From contig OZ243037.1 in NCBI GenBank assembly GCA_965212015.1, forward strand, positions 800,001 through 864,000: DNA of 64,000 nt, written 5' to 3'. Within the stretch, counting starts at the first letter, position 1. Every line of letters starts with the position of its first letter. This document shows positions 10,088 to 20,354 of this stretch, one piece after another. This DNA comes from Cenarchaeum sp. GTDB taxonomy: Archaea > Thermoproteota > Nitrososphaeria > Nitrososphaerales > Nitrosopumilaceae. The translations under genes were made by a program, and so were the position numbers. The notes beneath the pieces were generated by a model. It did not search any database and had not been told where the DNA came from. It worked only from the letters and a program-made list of their open reading frames with translations.

Positions 10088-10441
10088 GTGATTCCAGACA
10101 AGATCAGAGACGGCCTGATGGAGCAGGTAATGCTGTCATCGCTGCAGGCAGAGGTCTTTATGTTCATAACCACAAGCGGAAGGCAGACCGTACAAAAGTT
10201 ATCATCAAGGTTCGGCATCCCAGAGTCCGAGGCACTCGGGGTCGCATGCTCGCTAGTCGACGCAGGAGCACTGATAGACATGTCGGATGTAGAGTTCGAG
10301 GCGATGCACCCGCGGTTTGCCATAGTCAACATGTACAGAAGGATGTGCGAGCGAGAAAAGATAGAGTTCAAGCGCAACAGGGCAGTCGACGAGATGGGCG
10401 CGGCGCTGGAAAAATCCTACGACAATGCAAGGACTAAATAG
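10088..10441 (+). CDS. Winged-helix (TrmB-like) hypothetical protein
   Basis: wHTH-like pattern with FEAMHPRFAIVNMYRR; start may be ATG 10118. Confidence 0.65.
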   Translation: MIPDKIRDGLMEQVMLSSLQAEVFMFITTSGRQTVQKLSSRFGIPESEALGVACSLVDAGALIDMSDVEFEAMHPRFAIVNMYRRMCEREKIEFKRNRAVDEMGAALEKSYDNARTK

Positions 10442-10463
10442 AACCGGATTGAGCTTAATCACG

Positions 10464-10862
10464 TTGGAGAAGGATCAGGAATCATGCGGCCACCAGCCGG
10501 TGTATTTTGGCGTAATAAACATAAACATAGATGAAAAGACCATAGGTTCAGTCGACGTCTGGCGCTGCGGCGCGTGCAAAAAGCAGTTCTGCGAGGAAAA
10601 GCAGCTGGGCATAGAGTCGATTGCCGATATCGTGGGAATGCCCAAGATAGGCCCGGACGAGAGATGGGCAGTCACCGTGTGCAAGCTGCAAAAGGGAAAG
10701 GACAGGTGGAGGCTTGTCAGGATGAAAAGGGACCGGCCCGCAAGGCACGAGTGCATCGGCGAGAGGATGATGGAGCTGCCCGTCTCAGACTACAAGATCA
10801 ACGACGACGCGCACTGGAGCTTTCTGGTAGACGAGAACGTAAATCAGGCAGTGGAAATCTAG
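10464..10862 (+). CDS. Hypothetical protein with Cys motifs
   Basis: CGH...WRCGACKKQFCE; operon-like spacing; start uncertain (10425 or TTG near 10464). Confidence 0.65.
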   Translation: MEKDQESCGHQPVYFGVININIDEKTIGSVDVWRCGACKKQFCEEKQLGIESIADIVGMPKIGPDERWAVTVCKLQKGKDRWRLVRMKRDRPARHECIGERMMELPVSDYKINDDAHWSFLVDENVNQAVEI

Positions 10863-10865
10863 GCG

Positions 10866-11150
10866 TTGAAACTCGAGGTACGCGTCAACAGCATGCACGG
10901 AAGCCAGATGGCAGCAAAGGTCTCCGGCACGTTTGGCATCGACGGGCACACCTTCCGGTTCAGCGCCATAGCGTTCGGGCGCATCGGGGGCCAGAACATC
11001 GGGGCCAAGATCTCAAGGGAGACAGAAAAAAAGCTCAAGGCCCTGGGGCACGACGCAGACGAGGTCGTCATGACCCTGCAAAGAAACCTGCTCCAGGGGG
11101 ATCTTACCATACCTGAGGACATTACAAAGGAGAGCTTTGTAGACGACTAA
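10866..11150 (+). CDS. Conserved hypothetical protein
   Basis: TTG start 3 nt after previous stop; [13 protein letters not shown] motif. Confidence 0.7.
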   Translation: MKLEVRVNSMHGSQMAAKVSGTFGIDGHTFRFSAIAFGRIGGQNIGAKISRETEKKLKALGHDADEVVMTLQRNLLQGDLTIPEDITKESFVDD

Positions 11151-11932
11151 AACTCTGCCTCTGCCAGGGCCTTTTCACAGGAGCATCCCCTGTCTTGCGG
11201 AATCTCGCCTATCAGCGCGGCGAGCAGTTTTTTTGTACGCTCCACGTTCTGAGAGAGCGTCTCTAGCACCTGTTTTGCGGTGACTGGCTTTTCTGCCCAC
11301 ACGTCATAGTCAGTTACAGTAGAGACCGACGCATAGCACATCTGCGCCTCCCTTGCAAGCTGGCATTCCGGAACGAGCGTCATTCCGATAACGTCCGCCC
11401 CGATGGTGCGAAAAAACTTGGACTCGGCTTTGGTTGAAAACCTCGGGCCCTCTATGCACGCATACGTACAGTCCCTGTGAAAGTCGACCCCGCCAGAATC
11501 CGCTGCGCGCAGGACAGAGTCCCGAAGCTCGGGGCAGAACGGCTCTGCGACAGAGATGTGAATCACCTTGTCCTCCCCGGTAAACGATCCCGCGCGGGAT
11601 TTTGTAAAATCCAGAAACTGCGAGGGCAGCACGAAATGGCCCGGCTCTATCTCCTCCCTGAGGCTTCCGACTGCCGACGGCGCGATGATTCTCCTGATTC
11701 CAAGCTCCCGAAACGCCCAGATGTTGGCCCTAAAGTTTATCATGTGCGGGGCGATGCCGTGTTTTTTTCCGTGCCTCGGCATAAACGCGAGCCTCCTTCC
11801 CCCAAAGGTGCCTACCGTAATAGAGTCCGACGTCTTGCCGTACGGCGTCTGAATGTCGATGCTTTGGCTGTCCTGTAATAGTCCGGAATCGTAAATGCCG
11901 GTGCCGCCAAAAATTCCAATCTCTGCTTCCAA
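11147..11932 (-). CDS. mtnP: S-methyl-5'-thioadenosine phosphorylase
   Basis: [44 protein letters not shown]. Confidence 0.95.
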   Translation of the reverse strand: MEAEIGIFGGTGIYDSGLLQDSQSIDIQTPYGKTSDSITVGTFGGRRLAFMPRHGKKHGIAPHMINFRANIWAFRELGIRRIIAPSAVGSLREEIEPGHFVLPSQFLDFTKSRAGSFTGEDKVIHISVAEPFCPELRDSVLRAADSGGVDFHRDCTYACIEGPRFSTKAESKFFRTIGADVIGMTLVPECQLAREAQMCYASVSTVTDYDVWAEKPVTAKQVLETLSQNVERTKKLLAALIGEIPQDRGCSCEKALAEAEF

Positions 11933-12445
11933 CTAGTATTTCACCAGGGACTTGGAGTCGTACTTTGCAATCCTTTTGATTCCGCCCAACTCTGTAAGCT
12001 CGATTAAAAACGCAAAGCCTGCCACCTTGGCGCCGATCTTTTCAATCAGTCTTGCAGACGCGCCGGCGGTCCCCCCCGTCGCAAGCAGATCATCGCACAC
12101 CAAAACCCTCTGCTTTTTTGCAACGGCGCCGCTCTGAATCTCCAGCGTGTCTTTTCCGTACTCGATGGTATACGACAGCTTTGCGGTCTTTCCTGGCAGT
12201 TTTCCTGCCTTGCGAATCATCACCATGCCCTTGCCGTACCTTACGGCCATCGCGCCTGCCAAAAGAAACCCCCTTGATTCTATTCCGGCAATGACGTCAA
12301 AGCCGTTTGGGTGAAAGTGCCTGTAAAACTCGTCTAGCACGAGCGAGATCGCCTGCGGATCCCTGAGAATCGGGCCAAAGTCCCTGAACAGTATTCCTTT
12401 TTTGGGAAAATTCTCATAGCTGTCAATTCTGTCCTTCAGGTTCAT
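11933..12445 (-). CDS. apt: Adenine phosphoribosyltransferase
   Basis: FPKKGILFRD, GIESRGF, RKAGKLP, DDLLATGGT. Confidence 0.96.
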   Translation of the reverse strand: MNLKDRIDSYENFPKKGILFRDFGPILRDPQAISLVLDEFYRHFHPNGFDVIAGIESRGFLLAGAMAVRYGKGMVMIRKAGKLPGKTAKLSYTIEYGKDTLEIQSGAVAKKQRVLVCDDLLATGGTAGASARLIEKIGAKVAGFAFLIELTELGGIKRIAKYDSKSLVKY

Positions 12446-12606
12446 GGCTGCGCTTCAAAAACGGCAAATAAAAATGATGGTGAAAACTGCGCGGCTCGGA
12501 ACGCAAAAAACCCCGGGGTTTGGGATTCAGAGGCAGGGTACGGATATTTGCAGGATTTGCCGGCTTGTGGCTTTTGCATCCGGTCTGATTTTCCGCGCGC
12601 CCGGAA

Positions 12607-13938
12607 TCAGCCGTGTGTTAGTTTTTCCAGGCTCTCCTTGGAGCCAATGTCGCGCCGGTACTCCAGCGCGCCTCGGACATGCGCGTCAATTGCCCGGTCT
12701 ACCAGAGACGATGCCCCCTCGATGGTCCCCGAGGTGGCATTGAATGCCACCACGCGGGATTTTTTCAGGGTCTCGTACCTGTGTTTACCCGTCCTTATGC
12801 AGGCAGAAAAGAACGTCCCGACGCCAAGGTCGCTTACGGCCCTTTCGTCGATGGTAAAGGCAACAGCATCGCTGCTTGCGCCGGGGTATTCCTTTGCCAC
12901 CAGATACTTTGTAACGTTTGCCTTTTTGGCAAAAGATACGGCGTCGTCTGAAAGCGTCCCGTCCCATATGCGCGCAAGCAGTCCGGAGAAGGATCCCTCA
13001 AGTATGCAGAGTATGTTTATTCCCTCGGGATCCCCAAAGCGGGAGTTGAATTCCATGAATTTTATGCCGTCTTGCGTCTTGAAAAACCCGCCGTTGAGAA
13101 CGCCGTTGAAAAACAGTCCGTTTTGCCTCATCTCGTCGATGATTCTCTGCATTATAATCCTACAGTCATCCATGTCCCCGTCGCTCATAAACGGGAGTTT
13201 TTTCCCCGGGCCGGTAAAGCACCCCATGCCCCCGGTTCCCGGCCCCCTGTCGCCCTCGTGCCGGAACGGATAGTCATAGCTGGCAGGCGACATTACCAGG
13301 TTCCTGCCGTCGGTGATTCCCATGACGGTAAACTCTATACCGTGCAGCTTTTCTACCAGCAGCACCATTTGGCCGTCGTTTCTTTCAAGAAGCGATGCGG
13401 CATAGTCCATGCAGTCCCGGTAGGTCTGCAGGTGCTCTGGCATTACCCTTACCCCCTTGCCGCCCGTAAGGCCCTGCGGCTTTACTGCCACGTCAAGGCC
13501 CCTTGACTCAAACTCGGAGAGCGCGTCTTTTAGCTCGCATGCTTTTGAGACTATTCTGTAAAATGGCGTAAACTCTGGGCACGTCTTTTGCATCATTTCG
13601 ATGGAATAGATTTTGTCCCACTCTATGCGCGCAGCGTCGCGCGTTCCTCCGACGGCCCTGAAGCCGTGTTCAAGCAGAATGTCAACTACGCCGTTGGCCA
13701 GCGGCTGATCGGCGCTCACAAAGGCATAGTCGACTTTGTGCTCTTGTGCGAACTTTAATACGGTGCCAGGATCATCGGCATCGCCTATCACGTACGCGCC
13801 GCCTGACTGCCTGACGCAGTCTGTGATGAGCGGATTTTCGTGGTGCAGCACTGCAAACAGCCGCGTATCCTCTGCGAGCCGCACGGCAAAGGCGCCCTCG
13901 CGGCCCCCGCTGCCGACAATGAGGAATTTTTTGTCCAT
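12607..13938 (-). CDS. purD: Phosphoribosylamine--glycine ligase
   Basis: IVGSGGRE, KPQGLTGGKGV, GPGTGGMG, EFNSRFGDPE. Confidence 0.9.
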   Translation of the reverse strand: MDKKFLIVGSGGREGAFAVRLAEDTRLFAVLHHENPLITDCVRQSGGAYVIGDADDPGTVLKFAQEHKVDYAFVSADQPLANGVVDILLEHGFRAVGGTRDAARIEWDKIYSIEMMQKTCPEFTPFYRIVSKACELKDALSEFESRGLDVAVKPQGLTGGKGVRVMPEHLQTYRDCMDYAASLLERNDGQMVLLVEKLHGIEFTVMGITDGRNLVMSPASYDYPFRHEGDRGPGTGGMGCFTGPGKKLPFMSDGDMDDCRIIMQRIIDEMRQNGLFFNGVLNGGFFKTQDGIKFMEFNSRFGDPEGINILCILEGSFSGLLARIWDGTLSDDAVSFAKKANVTKYLVAKEYPGASSDAVAFTIDERAVSDLGVGTFFSACIRTGKHRYETLKKSRVVAFNATSGTIEGASSLVDRAIDAHVRGALEYRRDIGSKESLEKLTHG

Positions 13939-14084
13939 AACGGGCGTTTTTTGGTGTCCATAAAAATATTATGCGAAAACGGCCTTTTCCGGACGCCGCC
14001 GTGATTCAGGCGGATCTGCGCTCAAAAACAGGATCGGGTGGATTTCGAAAAGGCGCACGAATCGGCCGATCAGGGCGATTGTCA

Positions 14085-14234
14085 ATGGCGGGGTTCTGCA
14101 AGGACGTCTTTGCGGCGTTTCCCGCGATATCTATTGTGGTTTATCTTGCGACGTCTGACGTATTGGCGGCAATCTCGATCGGGATTGCCATACCGTGCCT
14201 GAAACTCATGGCGAGTAGCCTGCTCGATAACTAG
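14085..14234 (+). CDS. Possible small hydrophobic protein (49 aa)
   Basis: ATG 14085; two hydrophobic stretches; no recognised family. Confidence 0.3.
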   Translation: MAGFCKDVFAAFPAISIVVYLATSDVLAAISIGIAIPCLKLMASSLLDN

Positions 14235-14310
14235 GCAGTCCGGGTTCGATTCCCGGCAGATCGTTGCCTGCATTTCACGCAAGACGCGGATTTGTTCGGC
14301 GTATGTTCAA

Positions 14311-17300
14311 CTAGGGATCCTGCATGCCGTGAAGAACCAAAAAGGCCTCGCGTGAGTCGCCGTCGGCATTATGGATGCTGACTGTCTTTTCCAGGTCGTC
14401 AAAGGCCGGAACGGTATAGATGCCGCCGTAATAGAAATCCCGCAGCGCCTCCATCTGCCTAATATGCGCGTCGCGCTTTTCGGCAAAGGCATCACACGCA
14501 CGATTGTCCTCGTCGGTACACGCACTCGACATGTCGACTGGCGGCGCATCCACGTACGACCACGTGCCAAACGCGTTTTTGGTCCACTGGTGTCCCAGCT
14601 GGTCGGTCCACACGTCTGCAAGCTTGTCGGTCCGAGTCAGATGCAGCTTTACTGCGTCGCCCTGGTTTGAGTGCCTCTCGCTGAGCTCGTGCGTTGGGGG
14701 CGCGTTTAGCGAGTCGCCATACACCAGCAGTCCCTCGTTCATATAGTGTGTGGTGCCGCGCCTCTTTGAGTCCAGCGCGTTTATTGCAAACGGCTCGTCG
14801 TACAGCGTCTCGCGGAACAGTACGCCATATATGCTCAGCCGCACGCACAGCTCGTTGTTGTCTGCGGGCAGGCACTGTACGCGCGATACCTCAAATATGG
14901 CGTCCTCGCCTATCACGCGATTCTCGTTTGAATATTCCACAGAGTCTATCATGTACGTGGAGTCCAGGGAATAGTCCCGTATCAGGTTTACGTTAATCTG
15001 CGCCTCTGCAGCATTCAGGGGCGAGCCTATTCCGGGCAGGCCAAAGCCGATGTTAAACGAGCGCAGGCCGTTTTGTGCGTACGCCGTTAGCGCAAAGTTG
15101 TGAAACGAGTCAGTCTCTATGGTATTGCGTTTGTAATCGACGTGATAGTCAGTTACGTCGCGGCATATATTGTCCATGGAATAGCCGCAGTCCACTATTT
15201 TTTGGCCAGTCGTGTACGACTTGCCAAACGTCGGCTTTGTCTTCCACTGCGTGTCGTCATCGCCGCCTCCGGAATCAGAAGGCGCACTCGCAAGGGCCAC
15301 CATAGGGACAAAGGCTAGCCGGTAATCCTGAAACAGGCGCATGGCACGATATTCAGGAGTATTAGTACTGCCGCCCTCGTTGACGAATTGGGTAGTGCCT
15401 GCAAGGAATATGTCAAAGGTTATGACTTCGGGTGCAAAATTCGTACCCGGAGCTATCTCAAAGATGTTGTTATCAAAGGTGGCGTTAATCTTGGAAGTGT
15501 CAGCGGCGCCGTCAGAGAGCTCCGGCAGATCAACGTTGAGGATTTCAATGTCGTCGATGAAGGTATTGTCGGCAGGGTCGGTGCCATCCCGCGTATCGTT
15601 AACAAACAGCTCTGCAAGGTTTATCTCAAATTGCGCAAATTGCGGAGGTAGGAGGTATGTGGTTACAGGGCGTTGTGGAAAGCCCGCCGGTGCCGCCTCG
15701 TCCGTGTTTACGCGGAACCTGAATGTCAGGTCGGAAGTTCTTACGGTATTTGTCCCGTCATCCAGGGCAAAGGTGACGGAGCTGCCAGCGTTTCTACTGT
15801 CTGATCTTGGCGTTACGCGAAGTATGTCGTCTATTATGACGGCATTTAACGCCCCGGGGTTGGCAATGTTCGTTATGGTGACATCCAGGCCGCCTGGTCG
15901 GCTGTTGTCAGGATCTTCAAACAGGTCGTCGATCGGAATGGAATAGATGTCAGTGGTGTGACGCGGCGGAAGATCATTTCTCCCCACAAGAGCATTCGGC
16001 GCGGCATCAACGAAACGAAGCACGTAATTGACGGTGATATCATCATGAAGCAGCGGAACAGTATCTACAGAAATCAAAATCTCCTCTTCCGAAGTGATCC
16101 TGCTGTCTTGGACCAGATCGTGCAGGACGGCAGTAAACGTTACGGATTCGCTCTCGTCATCTTCGGCAGATTCCGGATTGTAGGATATTTCCCCAGAGCT
16201 GTTAGTTAGAATTCTAGCGCTGTTGATCAGATTTCCTGTCCTGTTGATTTGAATCTCACCCGTTGCAGCCGCATTGTCGGCAGTTATGATGAGGCGCTCA
16301 AATTGTATCGCCGGGTCTATGGCAAGATCAGATGCGTCCAGAGTTACCGACTGGGCCGTATTACTATAGTATACCGTGACTGAGGATTCCAGGAATATAT
16401 CAGACCGGGTCGTGGCATCCCGCACTGCGACCAAAAAGCTTTCACAATAGACGGCGTTTGTTATGCCCGGGGCCACGCTTTCGGCGCACAGCCTGATGTT
16501 CGTAGTGCCCGATGATACCGGGTCTATTGACAGCATACCTGCTACAAGGGTCACATTTGCGATTCCGGGATTCGGGTTTGTCACATTGTATAGGATGTTA
16601 TCACCCTCGGGATCCGTAAAATGCTCTGCCAGATTTATCACCATGGTATCGTCCGTGGGATTAAGCACATAGGATGTCGGCAGGGTAGAGACGGGGGCAT
16701 CATCTGTCCTGTTTACGACTAAATCAAAGATTCCGGCAAACGTGTCTCCATTCTCCAGGACATACGTATAGGATATCGTGGCGGGCGGCGACTGTGCAAG
16801 GCCCGCGTCCACGAAATCGTCAGGTATCGTGTGTGTTATTGTATAGGGGTCTATCTGCTCATCAGATGGCACCCCGTCAAGTATTTGCTGATCTGCCTTA
16901 TCTATCCGCGCATCCAGCCGCGGGTCATTATTCCCTAGTTCTTCAATGCTCGATATCAGAAACGCCCTTTGGAGATCATCAGGGCTTAGTGATCCGCCGC
17001 CCGGTGACGTGCCATTAAGATCCGGATCTCCCGGCAATAGTTCAGGAAGCGGCTCCTGCGATATTGGTATGGAACTGTTCTTTGCAAATATAGGCACGAT
17101 ATCGCCTTCTATTGATATTTGTGTGACGTTAAAGAGCGGGGAGGCGGTATCGGAAGTAATATTCAAATTCAGGGAATCCAGCGTCTGCCCCTCGTTTATC
17201 GTCTGGTCGGGAATTATCTCGAGCGGGGCGGGCGTAATAGTACTCACCGCCAGTTCCGAGAAAACCGAGCCGTCGCAGACCATATACCTGATGATGGCCT

Positions 17301-20300
17301 CGCCCACCGCGTTCAGCGACGTAAAGGTCGCCACGCCGGTATTACGATCAATCCGGATCGAATCCCCATCAAAGACGGTGTTATCATTCGCAGTTATGTC
17401 AAAATACGTCAGGGTGTCACCGTCAGAGTCAGTGGAATACACGGAGAGATCCAGCTGTTCGGCACCCAAGAAAAGCTGAATGCCTTCGCCGTCAACGACT
17501 GCAGGAGAAGAATTGTTGATCCTCGCGGTGTTAGTTATTGTAATGGTATAGACGCGCGAGACATCATCCGTATCATCGGTATCAAAGCCGTCATCAGATA
17601 CCGTAACTGTAAACGTTACAGAGCCGTCAAGGTCGCATCTTGCCGGCGTGTCCGTGTTTCTGAAATTAGGCGAGTTGTCCTGCGGTACCAGACCAGACAG
17701 CTGTCCCGTGTTGCCATCGATGCTCAGCCAGCCCGGATTTCCCGAGATGCGGTATGCCAGTGTGTCACCGTCGGGATCGGATCCCGGAATCGGCGACAGG
17801 GTGTTGACATTGCTGCTCTCGGCGATGCTCAGTGTAGCAGGCCCAAGGACGGGTTCCGAGTTTAGCGTGAATTCGCTCACAGCGTTATCGGCAAAAAATC
17901 CTACAACGTGCAGGGTTTCAAAGTCAGACGAGAACGCCATCCCCCTTGCCGGATTGTCTGTCAGCTGCTGCGAGGCCTCTAGGGACAGGGTACTCACGTC
18001 ATATGCCACACCGAACGTATACGCATAGAGGTGTGTGGCAGCAAGGACGTACATTATCGTGCCGTCATCGTTGATTGCAAGTGACCTCTGAAGGCGTTGA
18101 AGTGCAGGGGACGTGACAAATTCGTCCGCATTACCGGACGCCAAGTCAAAGCCCGTGCCGAGCGAAAAGCCATATATGCGGCCGCCGTCGCCGCCGCTGT
18201 CTATCACGTACATGTGGGTGCCGTCGCGCGAGAATTCCAGTCCCTGCGCGCCGGTAGTGGCAGCAGAGAGGGGGAATGTGAAGGAAAGGTCGAGAGGAGG
18301 CGTAAGAATAAAGGGTGACATCAGAGTGAGCTCGTATACACTGTCGGTGGTAGTGCCTAGCATAAACATCCTTCTGGCGGTATCTGAGAACTCTATTGCC
18401 CTAGGTGCAGTGTCACGGGTAATATCATACGTCTGATCGGCGCTATCTGGCGCTTCCGATATGTCAAAGAGGTTGTCCGAACCAAGCGTATACCGGTGTA
18501 TCCTATCAAGGTCGCCGCCATTTAATATAAACATCCTATTGCCGGTATGTGTGAAATCTATATCTTCAGAGACACCAATCGTTCTTGGTTCAAGTTCGGC
18601 CAGCACATAGTCGAACACAAGATTCAGCTCTAGATCAAAGGAATGGTCATTTGACGCCGAGTTGGTTCTCGCCCCGGCCATGACTGCACCTGCCTGAATC
18701 GACACCGTTATGGTGGCATCAGTGGCCCCGCGCAGCACGTCAAATGTATACGTATTGCCGGAGACTTGAACAAGGTTTGACGGCACGTGGGTGCCCATAT
18801 CGCTATCCACTATAATGTCATCCAGTCCAAATCCCGTCACTGCATCGCCAAACAGGACGGTAAACGTCGCCTTGCCGTTGGCGTCAGCCGGGGTAGTATC
18901 GGTGAGGAACGCCGAGATTGGCTGGCCGGTGTTAAATATGACGTTATAGACGTTGGAGGCCTCGTTGATAAAGTCGTCAGTATGAACTATGCTATCTTCG
19001 GGAATGCTCACCATTATTGTGCCGTCGACATTGTTGCGCAACACGTCAAAGGTGTACGTATCGCCAGAGCCGGCAAGAACGGTTGCCCTATGGGTGCCGG
19101 GGGGCGCGGTGCTGTCCACGATAATGTCGTCTATTTCAAACGTATCCGGACGTATGGGAGTGCGGAATGTGGCAGTAAACGTTACGGTATCCATAGTCGT
19201 AATGTCATTATCACCTACATTAGCCGTAATCACCACGGGCCGGACGCCAAAGCTGACCTGATGGGCGGTGGATGCAGTATTGTCGTTTCCTGCAAAGTCC
19301 GTGACCGCACCTGCCGGAATCGACACCGTTATGGTACCTTCTGCATCGTTGCGCGGGACATCAAAGGTGTAGGTGGTGCGGTCTGTGCCGGAGGCCACTG
19401 GTGCGGATACCGTGTGGGTGCCGGCAGGCGCGGTGCTAGACAGGACAATGTCTTCTTGTGTAAACAGGCCTTCCGGTATGACCTCGCTGAATGTTGCGGT
19501 AAATCTTACACGATCAGCAATCGTGCCTGTGTTGTTTGCCACATCGGCGCTAAGCAGCACGGTGGGCGGCTCGTTATCCTGCGGGCCAAAAGTGGCGATA
19601 TAAACATTGGATGCGACATTGCCGACTTTGTTCAAATCAATAACCCTGTTTGCCGGCATCTGCACCCTTATTGTACCGTCCACCAGGCCGCTTTCTACAC
19701 GAAAATTAAATGAGGTGCCGGAGGTACCAGACGAAAAGCCCGATGCCCTGTGGGTGCCGGCAGGCGCAGTACTGGTCACAGAAATATCGTTGTCTTTAAG
19801 GTCAGATATATGCTCGCTGAATCTGACGTTAAGCTGTATGATATCTGCATCGGTGGCACCACGATGATCCACAGTAGTACTGGAGATTGTAGGTACGGGC
19901 GCGGGGGAAAAGGAAATGGTGTACGCGGTGGCATTTACTATGCGGGGGTTTCCAGCCAGATCAAAGACATTGGCACGGTCGAGCCGCGCAGACACCTGGT
20001 CGCTTTGACCCTGATTCACTATTATCGGAAATGTGTATACGGCACCAGAGCCGGTAAGAGGCTGGAATTGACTATTTCCAAGGACGGAAGCGCGCTGGAT
20101 GTCAGCGGCTGTAAATCCCGTCACGGACTCGCTGAACGTAAAGGTAATAATGGCCATGTTGGCATCGACACCGCTATTGGTCCGTACATTGATCGTCTCA
20201 CCGTCGATTATCGCCACGCCGGTAATCTCTGCCGTGATCGTGGGGGCCTGGCCATGGGCCAAGACTGGGATCATGGCCAACAATGGCAATAGTAATGCTG

Positions 20301-20322
20301 CGACTAGCAGAGTCTTTTGCAT
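14311..20322 (-). CDS. Giant (2003 aa) secreted/surface protein: signal peptide, about 5 Ig-like repeats, beta-propeller, cadherin/He_PIG-like repeats, C-terminal thaumarchaeal-type domain
   Basis: N-terminal signal MQKTLLVAALLLPLLA; repeats FSE.VTGF, STAPAGTH, GTI.VSIP; F.xDGT.MY propeller blades; DPDGDTL.Y and WLSID.NTG motifs. Confidence 0.9.
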   Translation of the reverse strand: MQKTLLVAALLLPLLAMIPVLAHGQAPTITAEITGVAIIDGETINVRTNSGVDANMAIITFTFSESVTGFTAADIQRASVLGNSQFQPLTGSGAVYTFPIIVNQGQSDQVSARLDRANVFDLAGNPRIVNATAYTISFSPAPVPTISSTTVDHRGATDADIIQLNVRFSEHISDLKDNDISVTSTAPAGTHRASGFSSGTSGTSFNFRVESGLVDGTIRVQMPANRVIDLNKVGNVASNVYIATFGPQDNEPPTVLLSADVANNTGTIADRVRFTATFSEVIPEGLFTQEDIVLSSTAPAGTHTVSAPVASGTDRTTYTFDVPRNDAEGTITVSIPAGAVTDFAGNDNTASTAHQVSFGVRPVVITANVGDNDITTMDTVTFTATFRTPIRPDTFEIDDIIVDSTAPPGTHRATVLAGSGDTYTFDVLRNNVDGTIMVSIPEDSIVHTDDFINEASNVYNVIFNTGQPISAFLTDTTPADANGKATFTVLFGDAVTGFGLDDIIVDSDMGTHVPSNLVQVSGNTYTFDVLRGATDATITVSIQAGAVMAGARTNSASNDHSFDLELNLVFDYVLAELEPRTIGVSEDIDFTHTGNRMFILNGGDLDRIHRYTLGSDNLFDISEAPDSADQTYDITRDTAPRAIEFSDTARRMFMLGTTTDSVYELTLMSPFILTPPLDLSFTFPLSAATTGAQGLEFSRDGTHMYVIDSGGDGGRIYGFSLGTGFDLASGNADEFVTSPALQRLQRSLAINDDGTIMYVLAATHLYAYTFGVAYDVSTLSLEASQQLTDNPARGMAFSSDFETLHVVGFFADNAVSEFTLNSEPVLGPATLSIAESSNVNTLSPIPGSDPDGDTLAYRISGNPGWLSIDGNTGQLSGLVPQDNSPNFRNTDTPARCDLDGSVTFTVTVSDDGFDTDDTDDVSRVYTITITNTARINNSSPAVVDGEGIQLFLGAEQLDLSVYSTDSDGDTLTYFDITANDNTVFDGDSIRIDRNTGVATFTSLNAVGEAIIRYMVCDGSVFSELAVSTITPAPLEIIPDQTINEGQTLDSLNLNITSDTASPLFNVTQISIEGDIVPIFAKNSSIPISQEPLPELLPGDPDLNGTSPGGGSLSPDDLQRAFLISSIEELGNNDPRLDARIDKADQQILDGVPSDEQIDPYTITHTIPDDFVDAGLAQSPPATISYTYVLENGDTFAGIFDLVVNRTDDAPVSTLPTSYVLNPTDDTMVINLAEHFTDPEGDNILYNVTNPNPGIANVTLVAGMLSIDPVSSGTTNIRLCAESVAPGITNAVYCESFLVAVRDATTRSDIFLESSVTVYYSNTAQSVTLDASDLAIDPAIQFERLIITADNAAATGEIQINRTGNLINSARILTNSSGEISYNPESAEDDESESVTFTAVLHDLVQDSRITSEEEILISVDTVPLLHDDITVNYVLRFVDAAPNALVGRNDLPPRHTTDIYSIPIDDLFEDPDNSRPGGLDVTITNIANPGALNAVIIDDILRVTPRSDSRNAGSSVTFALDDGTNTVRTSDLTFRFRVNTDEAAPAGFPQRPVTTYLLPPQFAQFEINLAELFVNDTRDGTDPADNTFIDDIEILNVDLPELSDGAADTSKINATFDNNIFEIAPGTNFAPEVITFDIFLAGTTQFVNEGGSTNTPEYRAMRLFQDYRLAFVPMVALASAPSDSGGGDDDTQWKTKPTFGKSYTTGQKIVDCGYSMDNICRDVTDYHVDYKRNTIETDSFHNFALTAYAQNGLRSFNIGFGLPGIGSPLNAAEAQINVNLIRDYSLDSTYMIDSVEYSNENRVIGEDAIFEVSRVQCLPADNNELCVRLSIYGVLFRETLYDEPFAINALDSKRRGTTHYMNEGLLVYGDSLNAPPTHELSERHSNQGDAVKLHLTRTDKLADVWTDQLGHQWTKNAFGTWSYVDAPPVDMSSACTDEDNRACDAFAEKRDAHIRQMEALRDFYYGGIYTVPAFDDLEKTVSIHNADGDSREAFLVLHGMQDP
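18600..20180 (-). repeat. Intragenic tandem Ig-like repeats (about 300-340 bp unit)
   Basis: GGGTGCC core (GTH codons, + strand) recurs near 18790, 19092, 19416 and 19753; the last three extend as GGGTGCCGG..GGCGC. Confidence 0.8.
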
Positions 20323-20329
20323 ATACCGT

Positions 20330-20340
20330 CCCCCCCCCCC
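20330..20340 (-). repeat. G11 homopolymer between TATA box and ATG of the giant surface gene
   Basis: 11 consecutive C on + strand; ATG at 20322. Confidence 0.9.
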
Positions 20341-20346
20341 GATTGC

Positions 20347-20354
20347 TTATAAAA
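20347..20354 (-). promoter_or_regulatory. TATA box (TTTTATAA) of the giant surface gene, leaderless spacing
   Basis: Ends 25 nt upstream of ATG, the usual archaeal TATA-to-TSS distance. Confidence 0.7.

Noticed and set aside
15341-20292. Long + strand ORFs (e.g. 17119..17865, 18787..19713)
   Set aside because: Antisense shadows of the 2003-aa gene with no recognisable motifs
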